A stretch of DNA of 64,000 nucleotides from Candidatus Sumerlaeaceae bacterium (GTDB taxonomy: Bacteria > Sumerlaeota > Sumerlaeia > Sumerlaeales > Sumerlaeaceae): assembly GCA_051003195.1 (NCBI GenBank), contig JBPCLP010000001.1, positions 39,838 to 103,837 on the forward strand. The letters run 5' to 3'. Made by a program: the position numbers and the translations under genes. This document shows positions 30,947 to 40,593 of this stretch, piece after piece (within the stretch, counting starts at the first letter, position 1; each line of letters opens with the position of its first letter). The notes beneath the pieces were generated by a model. The model was not told where the DNA came from, did no database searches, and worked only from the letters and a program-made list of their open reading frames with translations.

Positions 30947-32791
30947 CTAAAATTCCAGGAAAAGGCCGAGTCCTATGGCGCGGCTGTCGTTGCCGTTGCT
31001 GCGCTGGGTGCTGCTGACGCTGGCGAGCCATCCGCGATCAGGGCAAACCCATTCGCGCCATGTTGCGAAAACGGTTTGCGCGTCGTAAGTGCCGGAAACG
31101 GTGCCGGCGCCAGCGAGGCGGCTTTCAGAGAAGGCTTCGCCGCCGCGGGTGAGGCCCATGCTGACGATCCGTTCCTTCTCCTTTTCATAGGTAAGGCGAA
31201 AACTATCGGACTGGACCTGTTCGCTGGTGGGTTCAAGCTGCTGCGAGAACATTCGGCGGTACTCGATGTTCCAGAATTCGCACAAAGACTGGCGGATGCC
31301 GGCGTATTCGGAGGCTGCCCGGGAGTCACGGGAATGGTAGTAGCTGGCGCCGAGAATTGCGGCTGTGCCGGGATCGCGGATGAAACGGTAGGTGAGTTCG
31401 GTGTTGTACCGGCTGGGAACGATTTCCTCGCGAAGGGCGACGAGGGCTTCGTTGTGAAGCCACAGGTCTTCGCAGGGGTGCCAGGTCAAGCCGACGCCAA
31501 CACGCTCATCGCTTTGGCCAAAACGGTGCCAGTATTCGGTACTGGCGGACCAGGTGTATTGCTTGCACGGGCGATAGGTGAGAACATTGCTGAGGTTAAA
31601 AGTGTCTCCCGTCAGCCGGTAACTTTCATAGTTAGCTATGCTAGTGTTGGTGAACAGGTTTAGCATGCGGTAGTTGATGCGGAAGTCTTCATTGTGCGGG
31701 TCGAGGTTTAGCGCACGGGCGAAGTAGTGCCTGGCGGAGGCGTAGTTGCCGTCGGCGTTTTCGACGCGGCCGAGCTGCTCGATGGCCTCGGCCTGGCATT
31801 GGCAGCGGGGGTTTTGCAGCACGATGGCGAATGCCTGATCGTAGCACTCGTGTTTGATGAAGACATTGGACAGGCCGTAGAATGCTTCGCAGTAATGGGG
31901 TGCGGCCTTGAGGGTTCGGCGGAACCAGTACTCGGCTTCGTCGGTGCGCTCGGTCCAGAGAGAGACGAGCCCTTTCATGAGGAGGGCGTCGGCGTGGTCG
32001 GGCTTTACGGAGAGGATGTGGTCTGCGATGGCCTCAGCGCCGGCGAAGTCCTGCTGCTTTGTAAGCGCCTGCGCCTGACGGATGAGCGCGTCGAAATCTT
32101 CCTGGCCGACGCCAGCTGCGGGGCTGGAGGGCGACCGGTCCGCGCGGCTGCTGTGTGAGGCCCTGGGTTTAGAGTCGCGTTTCTGCGTGCCGGTTTTTAG
32201 AGCAGCTTCGATCTGCTGGCGAAGTGCAGTGTAGTCGCGACCTTCTGCGCAGGTCGCGGGCGCCTGCTTCAGGCGTGCAAGTGCCTCTGTTGCATTTCCA
32301 TCCCAGAAATAGCTCTTCGCGAGGGCGATGTAGGCGTCGCAGTAGTCGGGCGCTTGTTTAATAACCGCTTCTAAATCCAGGCGGGCCGCGGTGAAGTTGC
32401 GTTGCCACAGGCGAACGTTGCCGCGAATGAGGAGTGCGTCGGCGGCGGAGGGATTTCGGGAGATGACCTCTTCGAGAATTTTGGTCGCCGTATCATATTG
32501 CTTCATAGCGGCCCGGTTTTTCGCGAGTTGGATGCGCTGATCGTCGTCCTCGGGGTGCTCTGCGAGGTACTTCTCATAGATCAGGATCGCCTGCGAGTAG
32601 CGCCCTTCTCGGTAGGCTTTCTGCGCCTGGTGCAGATCTGCTGACGAAGCGGCACCTGACGTTCGATCATCTGATGATGAAAGCGCGGACCGGCTCGAAA
32701 TGGTATTGGACGTGCCTTCTCCGTACGAGAAAAGCGCCTGAAGATAGACTAAAACTATCAGCGGGAATTTGCGCGTAATTAAGCCAGCCAC
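30947..32791 (-). CDS. TPR-repeat protein with C-terminal YaiO-like outer-membrane beta-barrel
   Basis: Signal peptide, multiple TPRs, beta-strand-rich C-terminus ending in F; context with RR-HEAT-GT2. Confidence 0.7.
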   Translation of the reverse strand: MAGLITRKFPLIVLVYLQALFSYGEGTSNTISSRSALSSSDDRTSGAASSADLHQAQKAYREGRYSQAILIYEKYLAEHPEDDDQRIQLAKNRAAMKQYDTATKILEEVISRNPSAADALLIRGNVRLWQRNFTAARLDLEAVIKQAPDYCDAYIALAKSYFWDGNATEALARLKQAPATCAEGRDYTALRQQIEAALKTGTQKRDSKPRASHSSRADRSPSSPAAGVGQEDFDALIRQAQALTKQQDFAGAEAIADHILSVKPDHADALLMKGLVSLWTERTDEAEYWFRRTLKAAPHYCEAFYGLSNVFIKHECYDQAFAIVLQNPRCQCQAEAIEQLGRVENADGNYASARHYFARALNLDPHNEDFRINYRMLNLFTNTSIANYESYRLTGDTFNLSNVLTYRPCKQYTWSASTEYWHRFGQSDERVGVGLTWHPCEDLWLHNEALVALREEIVPSRYNTELTYRFIRDPGTAAILGASYYHSRDSRAASEYAGIRQSLCEFWNIEYRRMFSQQLEPTSEQVQSDSFRLTYEKEKERIVSMGLTRGGEAFSESRLAGAGTVSGTYDAQTVFATWREWVCPDRGWLASVSSTQRSNGNDSRAIGLGLFLEF

Positions 32792-32868
32792 AGATTACTC
32801 CAGCAAGTTTCGATCGGTTCACTAAGTGGTTGTTTTGGACAAGCTCGCATGCAAGCCAAAGTCCCAAG

Positions 32869-34185
32869 ATGGGGATAAGTAATGAAAAAGGCGCGCAGTC
32901 GGGCGGGACAGGTGCCTGTCCGCAGAAGCGGGGAATACGTGCACGGCGACGACGGCGAAACTTACTGGTGGTGGGGCTTTTCGGAATTGTGGCACTCGTG
33001 GTTGGCGCCCTGGCGATCACTATGCGTTCGATGACAGGTGAGCCGGCCCCTGCGGCCTGGCTATGGAACCCGGAGGATTATTTCAGTCCGGCAGGCAGGC
33101 AGCGCCTGGTGCGTGTCGCACGAAAATGGAAGATCTCGGCAATTTTTGCGCAGGTGCATCACAATGGGTTGCAGCTGAGTCAAACAGCGGAGCTGCAGGC
33201 TCTCATAAAGCAGGCGGCAAAGAAGGGAATCGAGATTCATGCGCTGAGCGGCTCGCCGGACTGGAGCGATCCGAAGCAGCTGGAAATGCCGCTATCGCTT
33301 ATCGACGCGGTCACATCTTACAATCAGCATTCGCCTGCCAAATTTGCGGGGGTCCACTTCGACATCGAGCCGTACCTGCTGCCACGTTGGGCAATCGAGC
33401 GGGAGAAGGTGGTAGAAAATTTCCTGACCGTGGTGTCGAGCATCGCGAACCGCGGGCGCGAAAAACGCCTGCACACCGGTTTCTCGGTGCCGTTCTTCTT
33501 CGGCGACGACGCGAATTTTCGAGATGAGAAGCTGCCGATTTTCGCGCATGTGATGAAGCGGTGTGACGAGGTGGCGGTGATGGCGTATCGAACCCGCTTA
33601 TCGGGAAGCAACGGCGTTGAGCGCCTGACACGTCCCATCCGAATGGCTGCAGTAAAGCAAAGCCATGGAGCCAGCGTGAGGCTGGGGCTTGAGCTTACTA
33701 CCGGGACGGCCAGGCGGCTGCTGTTTGTGACGGGTGTTGGCCCACCAGAACGGCCCGAAGAGCTGCCTTACAGGTATAACGGGCGTGAGGTTCGGCTGGT
33801 GCATGAGGGACGAGTGTACTTGCTGGGACTGGAGTCGAAAGGGACGACGGAAGCAGTCGTCGATGCGGTTGTGGCGTTGGCCGCGCAGACGCGTTTCCCG
33901 ACAACGGCAGAGGACGAGGTACTTTCGCGGGCCGTGCGTGAACTGGAAGCGACGGGTGAATATGGCAGTGTGAAGGCTCGTTCGCTGGGCACGGCGTTCG
34001 GAAAACCGCTTTCCGGAATAGAATGTGTGGAGAAGCTTACTACTGAAACAACTTTCGCAGGAAGGTCGGCTGAAAGCATCCGTAGCTTTGTCAGCCGGGT
34101 GAACGAGTCCTTGCTGCAACCTCCTCAAGTTCAAGGGGTTATCTACCATGATTTTGCTGCGCTGGACCGCCTGACAGCTCGGTAA
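32869..34185 (+). CDS. Membrane-anchored glycoside-hydrolase-like protein of the polysaccharide cluster
   Basis: N-terminal TM; AWLW, HALSGSPDW, FAGVHFDIEPYLLP, VMAYR. Confidence 0.65.
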   Translation: MGISNEKGAQSGGTGACPQKRGIRARRRRRNLLVVGLFGIVALVVGALAITMRSMTGEPAPAAWLWNPEDYFSPAGRQRLVRVARKWKISAIFAQVHHNGLQLSQTAELQALIKQAAKKGIEIHALSGSPDWSDPKQLEMPLSLIDAVTSYNQHSPAKFAGVHFDIEPYLLPRWAIEREKVVENFLTVVSSIANRGREKRLHTGFSVPFFFGDDANFRDEKLPIFAHVMKRCDEVAVMAYRTRLSGSNGVERLTRPIRMAAVKQSHGASVRLGLELTTGTARRLLFVTGVGPPERPEELPYRYNGREVRLVHEGRVYLLGLESKGTTEAVVDAVVALAAQTRFPTTAEDEVLSRAVRELEATGEYGSVKARSLGTAFGKPLSGIECVEKLTTETTFAGRSAESIRSFVSRVNESLLQPPQVQGVIYHDFAALDRLTAR

Positions 34186-34202
34186 ATACTGAAAGAAGAT
34201 GG

Positions 34203-34571
34203 ATGGCTAAAGTTCTCGTCTGCGATGACGATCCAGATTTGCGTTATATGATCAGGTATTTTCTGGAGAAAAAGGGAATAACGGTAATTGAGGCAGAGAA
34301 TGGTAAGCAGGCTATCGAGGCGCTTGCCGGACGTGACTTCGACGCGCTCGTCATTGACTTGTTAATGCCAATCCAGGACGGGTACACGACTGTAAGTGAG
34401 GTGCGCGAAGACAACGACCTTAAGGAACTGCCGATAATCGTTCTCTCATCACTTGCCCAGGAGGCGAACGTCTTGCGCGCATTTCAGGTCGGGGCCAGTG
34501 ACTTTCTGAAAAAGCCCTTCAGCCCTGAAGAGCTGTATGCCAGGCTGTCGCGGTTTTTGCCTGGCATCTAG
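34203..34571 (+). CDS. Single-domain response regulator
   Basis: CDDD, DLLMP, GASDFLKKPF. Confidence 0.93.
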   Translation: MAKVLVCDDDPDLRYMIRYFLEKKGITVIEAENGKQAIEALAGRDFDALVIDLLMPIQDGYTTVSEVREDNDLKELPIIVLSSLAQEANVLRAFQVGASDFLKKPFSPEELYARLSRFLPGI

Positions 34572-34577
34572 GCCTTG

Positions 34578-35645
34578 ATGGTATTCGAGCCAACTGCGGT
34601 TGCCATCGTGCTGGCGTTACTTATGCTGGGCGCGATGGTGGCAACATTTGCGCTGGTGCTGGTGCTTCATTGGCGTAATCGTACCTGGGAAAATCATCGC
34701 TCGGCGCTGTTCGTCCGCTGGCGGCCCATTGTGGCTGACTTCATCTATGCCGAAGGCTCAGCGAAGGCACTGTGCAAAGCGAGCGCGAGCGCACCGGATT
34801 ATTTCCTGGAGTACCTGGTCCACCTCGCCACGATGCTACGCGGAGCCGCCTTCCAACGAGTGCAGGATGCGGTGGTCGAAAGCGGGATGGCGGACTACCT
34901 TGAGAACTCATTACAATCGCATAAACCCTGGAAGGTGAGCAAGGCCGCGCATGCCCTTTTTACCCTCCGGATCGGTATAGGTCGCGGACGACTCAGGAGA
35001 CTGCTGCGCAGCCCCTCTGAAGGAGTGGTGTTTTCATCGGCACTGGCACTGTCCAGGATAGGGCAGGACGAAGATTTGCCACTGCTGCTGGAGGTGCTCT
35101 CAGAGTTCAGCGTAACGAACCAGGACCTGGTGTCGGTGGTGTTGCTGGGCTATGCGAGCGACCACCCCACAACTCTACTGCAGTACGTGAAAGAGCATTC
35201 GGTAGCCGACCCGGCGCTTCGCTCGATACTCTATGAGATCTTCGGAAAGCTGAACCTTCAGGGCTCCGTGCATCTGCTGCGGGAGGAGTTGCGCAGCCCC
35301 AGCTGTGACGAGTGCTACCTGAAGGCAATCCGGGCACTTGGCGAAATGTCGGCGGTAGAAGCCCTGGAGCAATTACGGCCGGTTCTTAATTCGTCGGATT
35401 GGCGAGCAAGAGCCCTGGCTGTGTGGTCAGTGGGGCGGCTGAAGAATTTTGACGACGTGCCGGCACTTAGCCAGCGATTGTACGACGAGAGCTGGGCTGT
35501 GCGCCTGAATGCTGCCACTGCGCTTCTGCTGATGGAAGAACCCGGGCGAGAGGCACTGGAGGAGGCCACACTCGGTCCCACGTTCGCAGGCGACATAGCC
35601 AGGCATGCGCTGCAATACGAGGAGAAAGCGATCCCAGTGATGTGA
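34578..35645 (+). CDS. Membrane-anchored HEAT-repeat protein
   Basis: N-terminal TM; repeats such as DWRARALAVWSVG and SWAVRLNAATAL. Confidence 0.85.
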   Translation: MVFEPTAVAIVLALLMLGAMVATFALVLVLHWRNRTWENHRSALFVRWRPIVADFIYAEGSAKALCKASASAPDYFLEYLVHLATMLRGAAFQRVQDAVVESGMADYLENSLQSHKPWKVSKAAHALFTLRIGIGRGRLRRLLRSPSEGVVFSSALALSRIGQDEDLPLLLEVLSEFSVTNQDLVSVVLLGYASDHPTTLLQYVKEHSVADPALRSILYEIFGKLNLQGSVHLLREELRSPSCDECYLKAIRALGEMSAVEALEQLRPVLNSSDWRARALAVWSVGRLKNFDDVPALSQRLYDESWAVRLNAATALLLMEEPGREALEEATLGPTFAGDIARHALQYEEKAIPVM

Positions 35646-37060
35646 GAGCCTTTCTTCTCGGATTTAACTACGGGGTGTTTTTCTACTTTGCCATTATCAA
35701 CGCGGTTTATCTCGGGCTTGTTCTCATCGGGTATTTCGGCATCCGTCGCCAGAACCGTAGCGCTTACCTGCTTAACCCCGAACAGATGCTGCAGTCGCCA
35801 CTGCTGCGGCCCGTGTCAATTATCGCGCCAGCGTACAATGAGGAGGCGACGATTGTAGCAAGTGTGGCGTCGCTGCAGCAGCTGCAGTACCCGCAGTTTG
35901 AAGTGGTGCTGGTAAACGACGGTTCCAAGGACAACACGCTACAGACTATTATCGAGCACTACGACATGGTGCCAAGCCCCGTGGTGTTCAGGCAGCAGCT
36001 TGCCTGTACGCCGATCCGGGGCATTTATATCTCCTCAAAGTTCCCAAGGCTGATCGTCGTGGATAAAGAGAACGCCGGCAAGGCGGACTCCCTCAACGCG
36101 GGAATAAACGTAAGCCGCTATCCGCTGATCTGCAATGTCGACTCGGATTCGCTGCTGGACAAAGATGCGCTGCTGAAGGTCGCACGGCCGTTTTTCGAGG
36201 ACCCTACTACGCTGGCAGTTGGCGGTACGATCCGGCCGGCGAACAATTGCGTCATCGAGGCAGGAGAAGTGGTCGAGGTGCGGATGCCGACTTCGTGGGT
36301 GGCTTCCTTCCAGGCACTGGAGTACCTGCGAGCTTTTCTGTTTGGGCGCGTCGGATGGGACGAACTGGGTGCGACGGTTATTATTTCCGGAGCGTTTGGG
36401 ATGTTTCTCAAAAGCGCCGTCATTGCAGCAGGTGGCTACGACACCAGTACTGTGGGCGAGGACATGGAACTGGTGGTGCGACTGCGTAAGTGGGGCTACC
36501 AGAATATGGAACGGCACCGCGTGAGCGTGGTAGCAGATACGGTATGTTGGACCGAGGTGCCGGAGAGTCTGAAGATACTCAAGCGCCAGCGAAGCCGGTG
36601 GCAGCGCGGGCTGATGCAGACCCTGCGCCGACACGTCGGGATGATTTTTAACCCGGCGTATGGAAGCGTTGGGCTGCTGGCACTCCCGTTCTTTCTGTTA
36701 TTTGAGATGCTGGGACCGATAGTGGAAACGGTCGGGTATATCGTCTTTGTGCTGTGTTGGTGGCTGGGCTATGTGAACTGGGAATTTGCATTCTGGTTTG
36801 TGCTGGTAAGCCTGTTCCTCGGGACGGTGCTGAGCCTCGCGGCGGCAGTTCTGATGGAAGCTTCCAACCGGCGCTACACGAGGTGGTCAGACGTCGCGCG
36901 ACTGGTCTGGTTCGCCGCGCTGGAGAACTTCGGCTACCGTCAGCTTCACAACATTTTCCGGCTGATCGGGATTTTCCAGTACTTCAAGGGAAAGGAGGGC
37001 TGGGGTGAGATGACGCGGAAGGGCTTCAGGGCTACTACTCCAGCGCCCAGAGGGAAATGA
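35642..37060 (+). CDS. Processive GT2 family glycosyltransferase
   Basis: IIAPAYNEE, NDGSKD, GKADSLNAG, VDSDS, VGEDMEL, QRSRW; C-terminal WGEMTRKGF. Confidence 0.93.
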   Translation: MRAFLLGFNYGVFFYFAIINAVYLGLVLIGYFGIRRQNRSAYLLNPEQMLQSPLLRPVSIIAPAYNEEATIVASVASLQQLQYPQFEVVLVNDGSKDNTLQTIIEHYDMVPSPVVFRQQLACTPIRGIYISSKFPRLIVVDKENAGKADSLNAGINVSRYPLICNVDSDSLLDKDALLKVARPFFEDPTTLAVGGTIRPANNCVIEAGEVVEVRMPTSWVASFQALEYLRAFLFGRVGWDELGATVIISGAFGMFLKSAVIAAGGYDTSTVGEDMELVVRLRKWGYQNMERHRVSVVADTVCWTEVPESLKILKRQRSRWQRGLMQTLRRHVGMIFNPAYGSVGLLALPFFLLFEMLGPIVETVGYIVFVLCWWLGYVNWEFAFWFVLVSLFLGTVLSLAAAVLMEASNRRYTRWSDVARLVWFAALENFGYRQLHNIFRLIGIFQYFKGKEGWGEMTRKGFRATTPAPRGK

Positions 37061-37257
37061 GGCACGGTAACTGGATTCGGGGACGTTTGACCAATTAAGT
37101 TCTGGGGCAGCTGCGGAAGTGTACTGAAGCCTGGCAAATTCGCAGGTGATGCGTTATAGGGAATGCCGGGGTTGTACGGTGCGGCACGCGGTGACGCACT
37201 CCCAGGGCGGCGTACGTTTTTTGGTCGCGTGCGAGGTCGTTTTGCCGGAGTTGGATG

Positions 37258-37333
37258 GATCAGACGCGGGGTGCGATCTGGCGCGAGGGTGGAAAGATCA
37301 GGCGCGTAGTGCGATCTGGCGCGATGGTGGAAA
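37258..37333. repeat. Two 38-bp tandem repeats with internal palindromic character
   Basis: GATCAGACGCGGGGTGCGATCTGGCGCGAGGGTGGAAA / GATCAGGCGCGTAGTGCGATCTGGCGCGATGGTGGAAA. Confidence 0.85.
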
Positions 37334-37509
37334 TCATTAACTCGAGAAAACGGAGACGGAAGATCAGCATGACGACCTGTACCCTCAAACCCTCCCCTCA
37401 AACCCTCTGAACACGGACGACCTCGCGGGAATGCAGCAATTTCTGAATCGTTACTTTTCGCGGCGTTGGCATATAAGCGGAAGGAGCACACCAGAAGAAT
37501 ATCAAGTTG

Positions 37510-37848
37510 CTACAGAGGAGCAATCGTTGCCGCGAAATTCCATTGGCCGTTTTCGGATTGCGCCGTGATATAATGCTCGGTATCAAGTTCGCGTCCGTCT
37601 CTTGTCAAAATCTTCAGGATTAAAGGCTGATTGAGGAGAGTGGGAATTCCGGTGGTTAAAAACCGCGAGAAACCAAGGTGATGAGCATCGCGAAAGCTTA
37701 GCGGAATAATAGCTGTTAGCGACTTACCAACGATTTCCTCGGAAGTCCACCCAAACGCCTGCGTGAATGTTTCATTAATATAGGTAATGATTCCATCCCC
37801 ATTTGCCCGAATAAGCGGTTTGGTGGTATCTGGAACCTGGGGTGTCAC
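37510..37848 (-). CDS. Stand-alone PAS domain protein
   Basis: GIITYINETF...FGWTSEEIVGKSLTAIIP; overlaps the stop of the upstream gene. Confidence 0.85.
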   Translation of the reverse strand: MTPQVPDTTKPLIRANGDGIITYINETFTQAFGWTSEEIVGKSLTAIIPLSFRDAHHLGFSRFLTTGIPTLLNQPLILKILTRDGRELDTEHYITAQSENGQWNFAATIAPL

Positions 37849-40163
37849 TCCTGCAGTCCTTCGAAGGGGGTGTTGATCGGCGCACCACGACCGGCAATAA
37901 GATTCTCAGCGGAACTGCCGTCCAGCGGCATGGAATAATAATGACCCTGCACCAGGCGGCATCCCAGCACGGACAGCTTCTCTGCGGCCTGCAGGGTTTC
38001 GACGCCTTCCGCAATGACGCTCATCTTGAGTGTCTTCGCCAGCACAAGGATACACCGGATGATCTCCACGTTGTCTTCGCTCGATTCGAGGCCCATCACG
38101 AAACTTCGGTCGATTTTTAACGTGTGAATCGGCAAGCGCGACAGATAACTAAGCGAAGAGTAACCCGTGCCAAAATCGTCGACGTGCAGGTGAACGCGAA
38201 TCTTCTGCAGTTGCTCCAGCACAGTTTGTATTTTTGCGACGCGCTCCATCATGACCCCCTCGGTTATTTCGAGGTTGAGCTTTTCCGCATCCAGCCCGGT
38301 CTCAGCCAGGACCGATTGGATATGTTCAACCAGGCCGGGATTGGTGAACTGTTGCCCCGATACGTTCACGCTGATTGTCAGCCTGGAAGCGTGGGGTAAC
38401 TTGCGCTCGAGGTCGGCTCGCCATCTGCACGCTTCAGAAATGACCCACTCGCCAATGCTGATAATCTGCCGCGTTTCCTCGGCAATCTGTATAAATTCGG
38501 AGGGAGGAATCATCCCGCGTTGGGGATGCTGCCATCGCAACAGAGCTTCAAAGCCGACAATTGCACCGGTGGTAACTCTACATACAGGCTGATAGTACAA
38601 CACAAGTTCGTTCCGCTCAACCGCCGTTCGCAGCTCGGATTCCACCAGCAGGCGCTGCACTGCTTTGTCGTGCATCACGCTGTCAAATATCTGGGTTCTC
38701 GCCCCGCCGTTTGCCTTGGCCCTGTACATGGCGATGTCTGCATCGCGCAGGATCTCGTCCGGCCCACTGTACCCGGTTTGGCTTAGAGCGACGCCAATGC
38801 TGGCAGCAGTATATACCGCATGACTATCGAGCTGAAAAGGGGCCACCAGGGCCTTCTGCATGCGGTTCGCTGTCTCGTGGCATGCTCGGCAGTCTATGGT
38901 GGGGGGCAGATCGTCTAGAAAAACAGCGAACTCGTCGCCGCCAATCCGCGCAACCATGTCACCCGCCCGCACACTCGTCAACAGCCGCCTGGCTACCTCA
39001 ATCAGAAGCGCATCACCGAATGGGTGGCCAAGACTGTCATTTATAATTTTAAAGCGATCAAGGTCGAGAAACAGTACGGCAAAATTGTAATCATGGGAGT
39101 GCCGAAGACGCCGTAGAATTGCCTGTCGAACCGTATTAACGAACAGGACGCGATTTGGCAGGCCGGTCAGCGAATCATGAAGTGCGCGAAAAGTCAGACT
39201 TTCTTCGGACTGCTTGATCTCGAATGCACGCCCGAGGGCTGTGCCGAAGTAGCCGAGCACCTCGAGAAATCTTTTATTGGGTTCTTCAACGTCACAGGAA
39301 AAGAACTCGAGAACTGTCACGACTTCCCCGCGCGACAAAATCGGGAACGCGAATGCGGATTTTAAGCCAACGAGCCGGGCAATGGGCGCGCGGGGGAAAT
39401 TGGCGTTAGTAGACACATCAAGGAACCACGTCGGTTGCCGGGATTGGAAAACAGTGCCGGGCAATCCCTGGCCCGGTTCTAAAAACGTCAGTTCGGTTGC
39501 AGATCGAAACTCCTGGAACCGTATGGGATCGGCGAGGAACCACAAGGCACCTGGTTCCAGGCGAGCTTTCCCTTCGTGCCGCGTTACATGATAAGTATGA
39601 CCAATGGGCCATGCCATTTCCTCGCAAATGCGAGTGATGCAGAAGAGCAGGATGTGATTTAGATCCGTAGCCTCATTGGCCGTGGCAGAAATGGACTCGT
39701 AGAGGTGCAGATACTTGATCTCCTGCTCGAGTGCATCCTGTACCATCCTGGATTCGGTAATGTCACGAATCGTAAGAACAGCCGTCTTTTCGCCATCGCC
39801 AAAGGCGGTTAATGACCATGCGAATTCCAGGTGCCGCGTCTCGCCATCTTGAAAAAACTGAAAAACATCCAGCCCCGGGCCTGATCTAATGGCCCGCTGT
39901 ATGGGATGATTTTCAGGGGTGATATCCACGCCGCCCTGCTGCAGAGGCATGTTGGCAAACAGTGACTTGCCCAAGAGACAAATATGCCCCTGTCTTAACA
40001 GCCGGTCAAAAGGTCCGTTGCACCACTCAATGATTCCGTCTTGCGTGGTCCAGACAATCGATTCGCTTATCGAACTGAGAACCAACTCCATCTTACCAAG
40101 CGTCGTGCGGAGTTGCTTAACGATTAAGGATAGTTCGTTCTCAGTGCGAGCAGTCGCACTCAT
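37845..40163 (-). CDS. PAS-GAF-GGDEF-EAL c-di-GMP enzyme
   Basis: HDSLTGLPNR, RAGD I-site, GGDEF, EALLRW, DDFGTGYSSL, AEGVE. Confidence 0.95.
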   Translation of the reverse strand: MSATARTENELSLIVKQLRTTLGKMELVLSSISESIVWTTQDGIIEWCNGPFDRLLRQGHICLLGKSLFANMPLQQGGVDITPENHPIQRAIRSGPGLDVFQFFQDGETRHLEFAWSLTAFGDGEKTAVLTIRDITESRMVQDALEQEIKYLHLYESISATANEATDLNHILLFCITRICEEMAWPIGHTYHVTRHEGKARLEPGALWFLADPIRFQEFRSATELTFLEPGQGLPGTVFQSRQPTWFLDVSTNANFPRAPIARLVGLKSAFAFPILSRGEVVTVLEFFSCDVEEPNKRFLEVLGYFGTALGRAFEIKQSEESLTFRALHDSLTGLPNRVLFVNTVRQAILRRLRHSHDYNFAVLFLDLDRFKIINDSLGHPFGDALLIEVARRLLTSVRAGDMVARIGGDEFAVFLDDLPPTIDCRACHETANRMQKALVAPFQLDSHAVYTAASIGVALSQTGYSGPDEILRDADIAMYRAKANGGARTQIFDSVMHDKAVQRLLVESELRTAVERNELVLYYQPVCRVTTGAIVGFEALLRWQHPQRGMIPPSEFIQIAEETRQIISIGEWVISEACRWRADLERKLPHASRLTISVNVSGQQFTNPGLVEHIQSVLAETGLDAEKLNLEITEGVMMERVAKIQTVLEQLQKIRVHLHVDDFGTGYSSLSYLSRLPIHTLKIDRSFVMGLESSEDNVEIIRCILVLAKTLKMSVIAEGVETLQAAEKLSVLGCRLVQGHYYSMPLDGSSAENLIAGRGAPINTPFEGLQE

Positions 40164-40593
40164 ACAGAAGTTCTCCTGACTGCCTATGCGTTTAACGGCA
40201 GCCTTATGGGGTGGCAATGTTATTGTGTATGTTAATGGAATCCGGGGTGGTGTCTCATTAATTCGTTCTTTGGTTAACGTTCCTGCTCCAGTGTTTTATA
40301 CGGGATGCCTGGTTCGCCGGCAATTTCCGTCATTGGCCGGTCATTTGTACCGGGTTTTGAGGGGATAGTCGTCATGCCGCCGGGCGGCACCCTGAAACCA
40401 TGCAAATTCCTCGCCATCGCGATCACTTTTGTGGCAATTGGTCGACTTTCCGATGCGATGCCGAGGAAGGGCCTAACCGCTTCTACCCATCCAAACCATA
40501 TGTTGTACCCTTCACGACAGCCACGTCTCTATGTGGTTTATTTTCGAGGCAGGTTTTACGGGACGGTGGCCGCGCGGCGGAATTACCTGGTCT

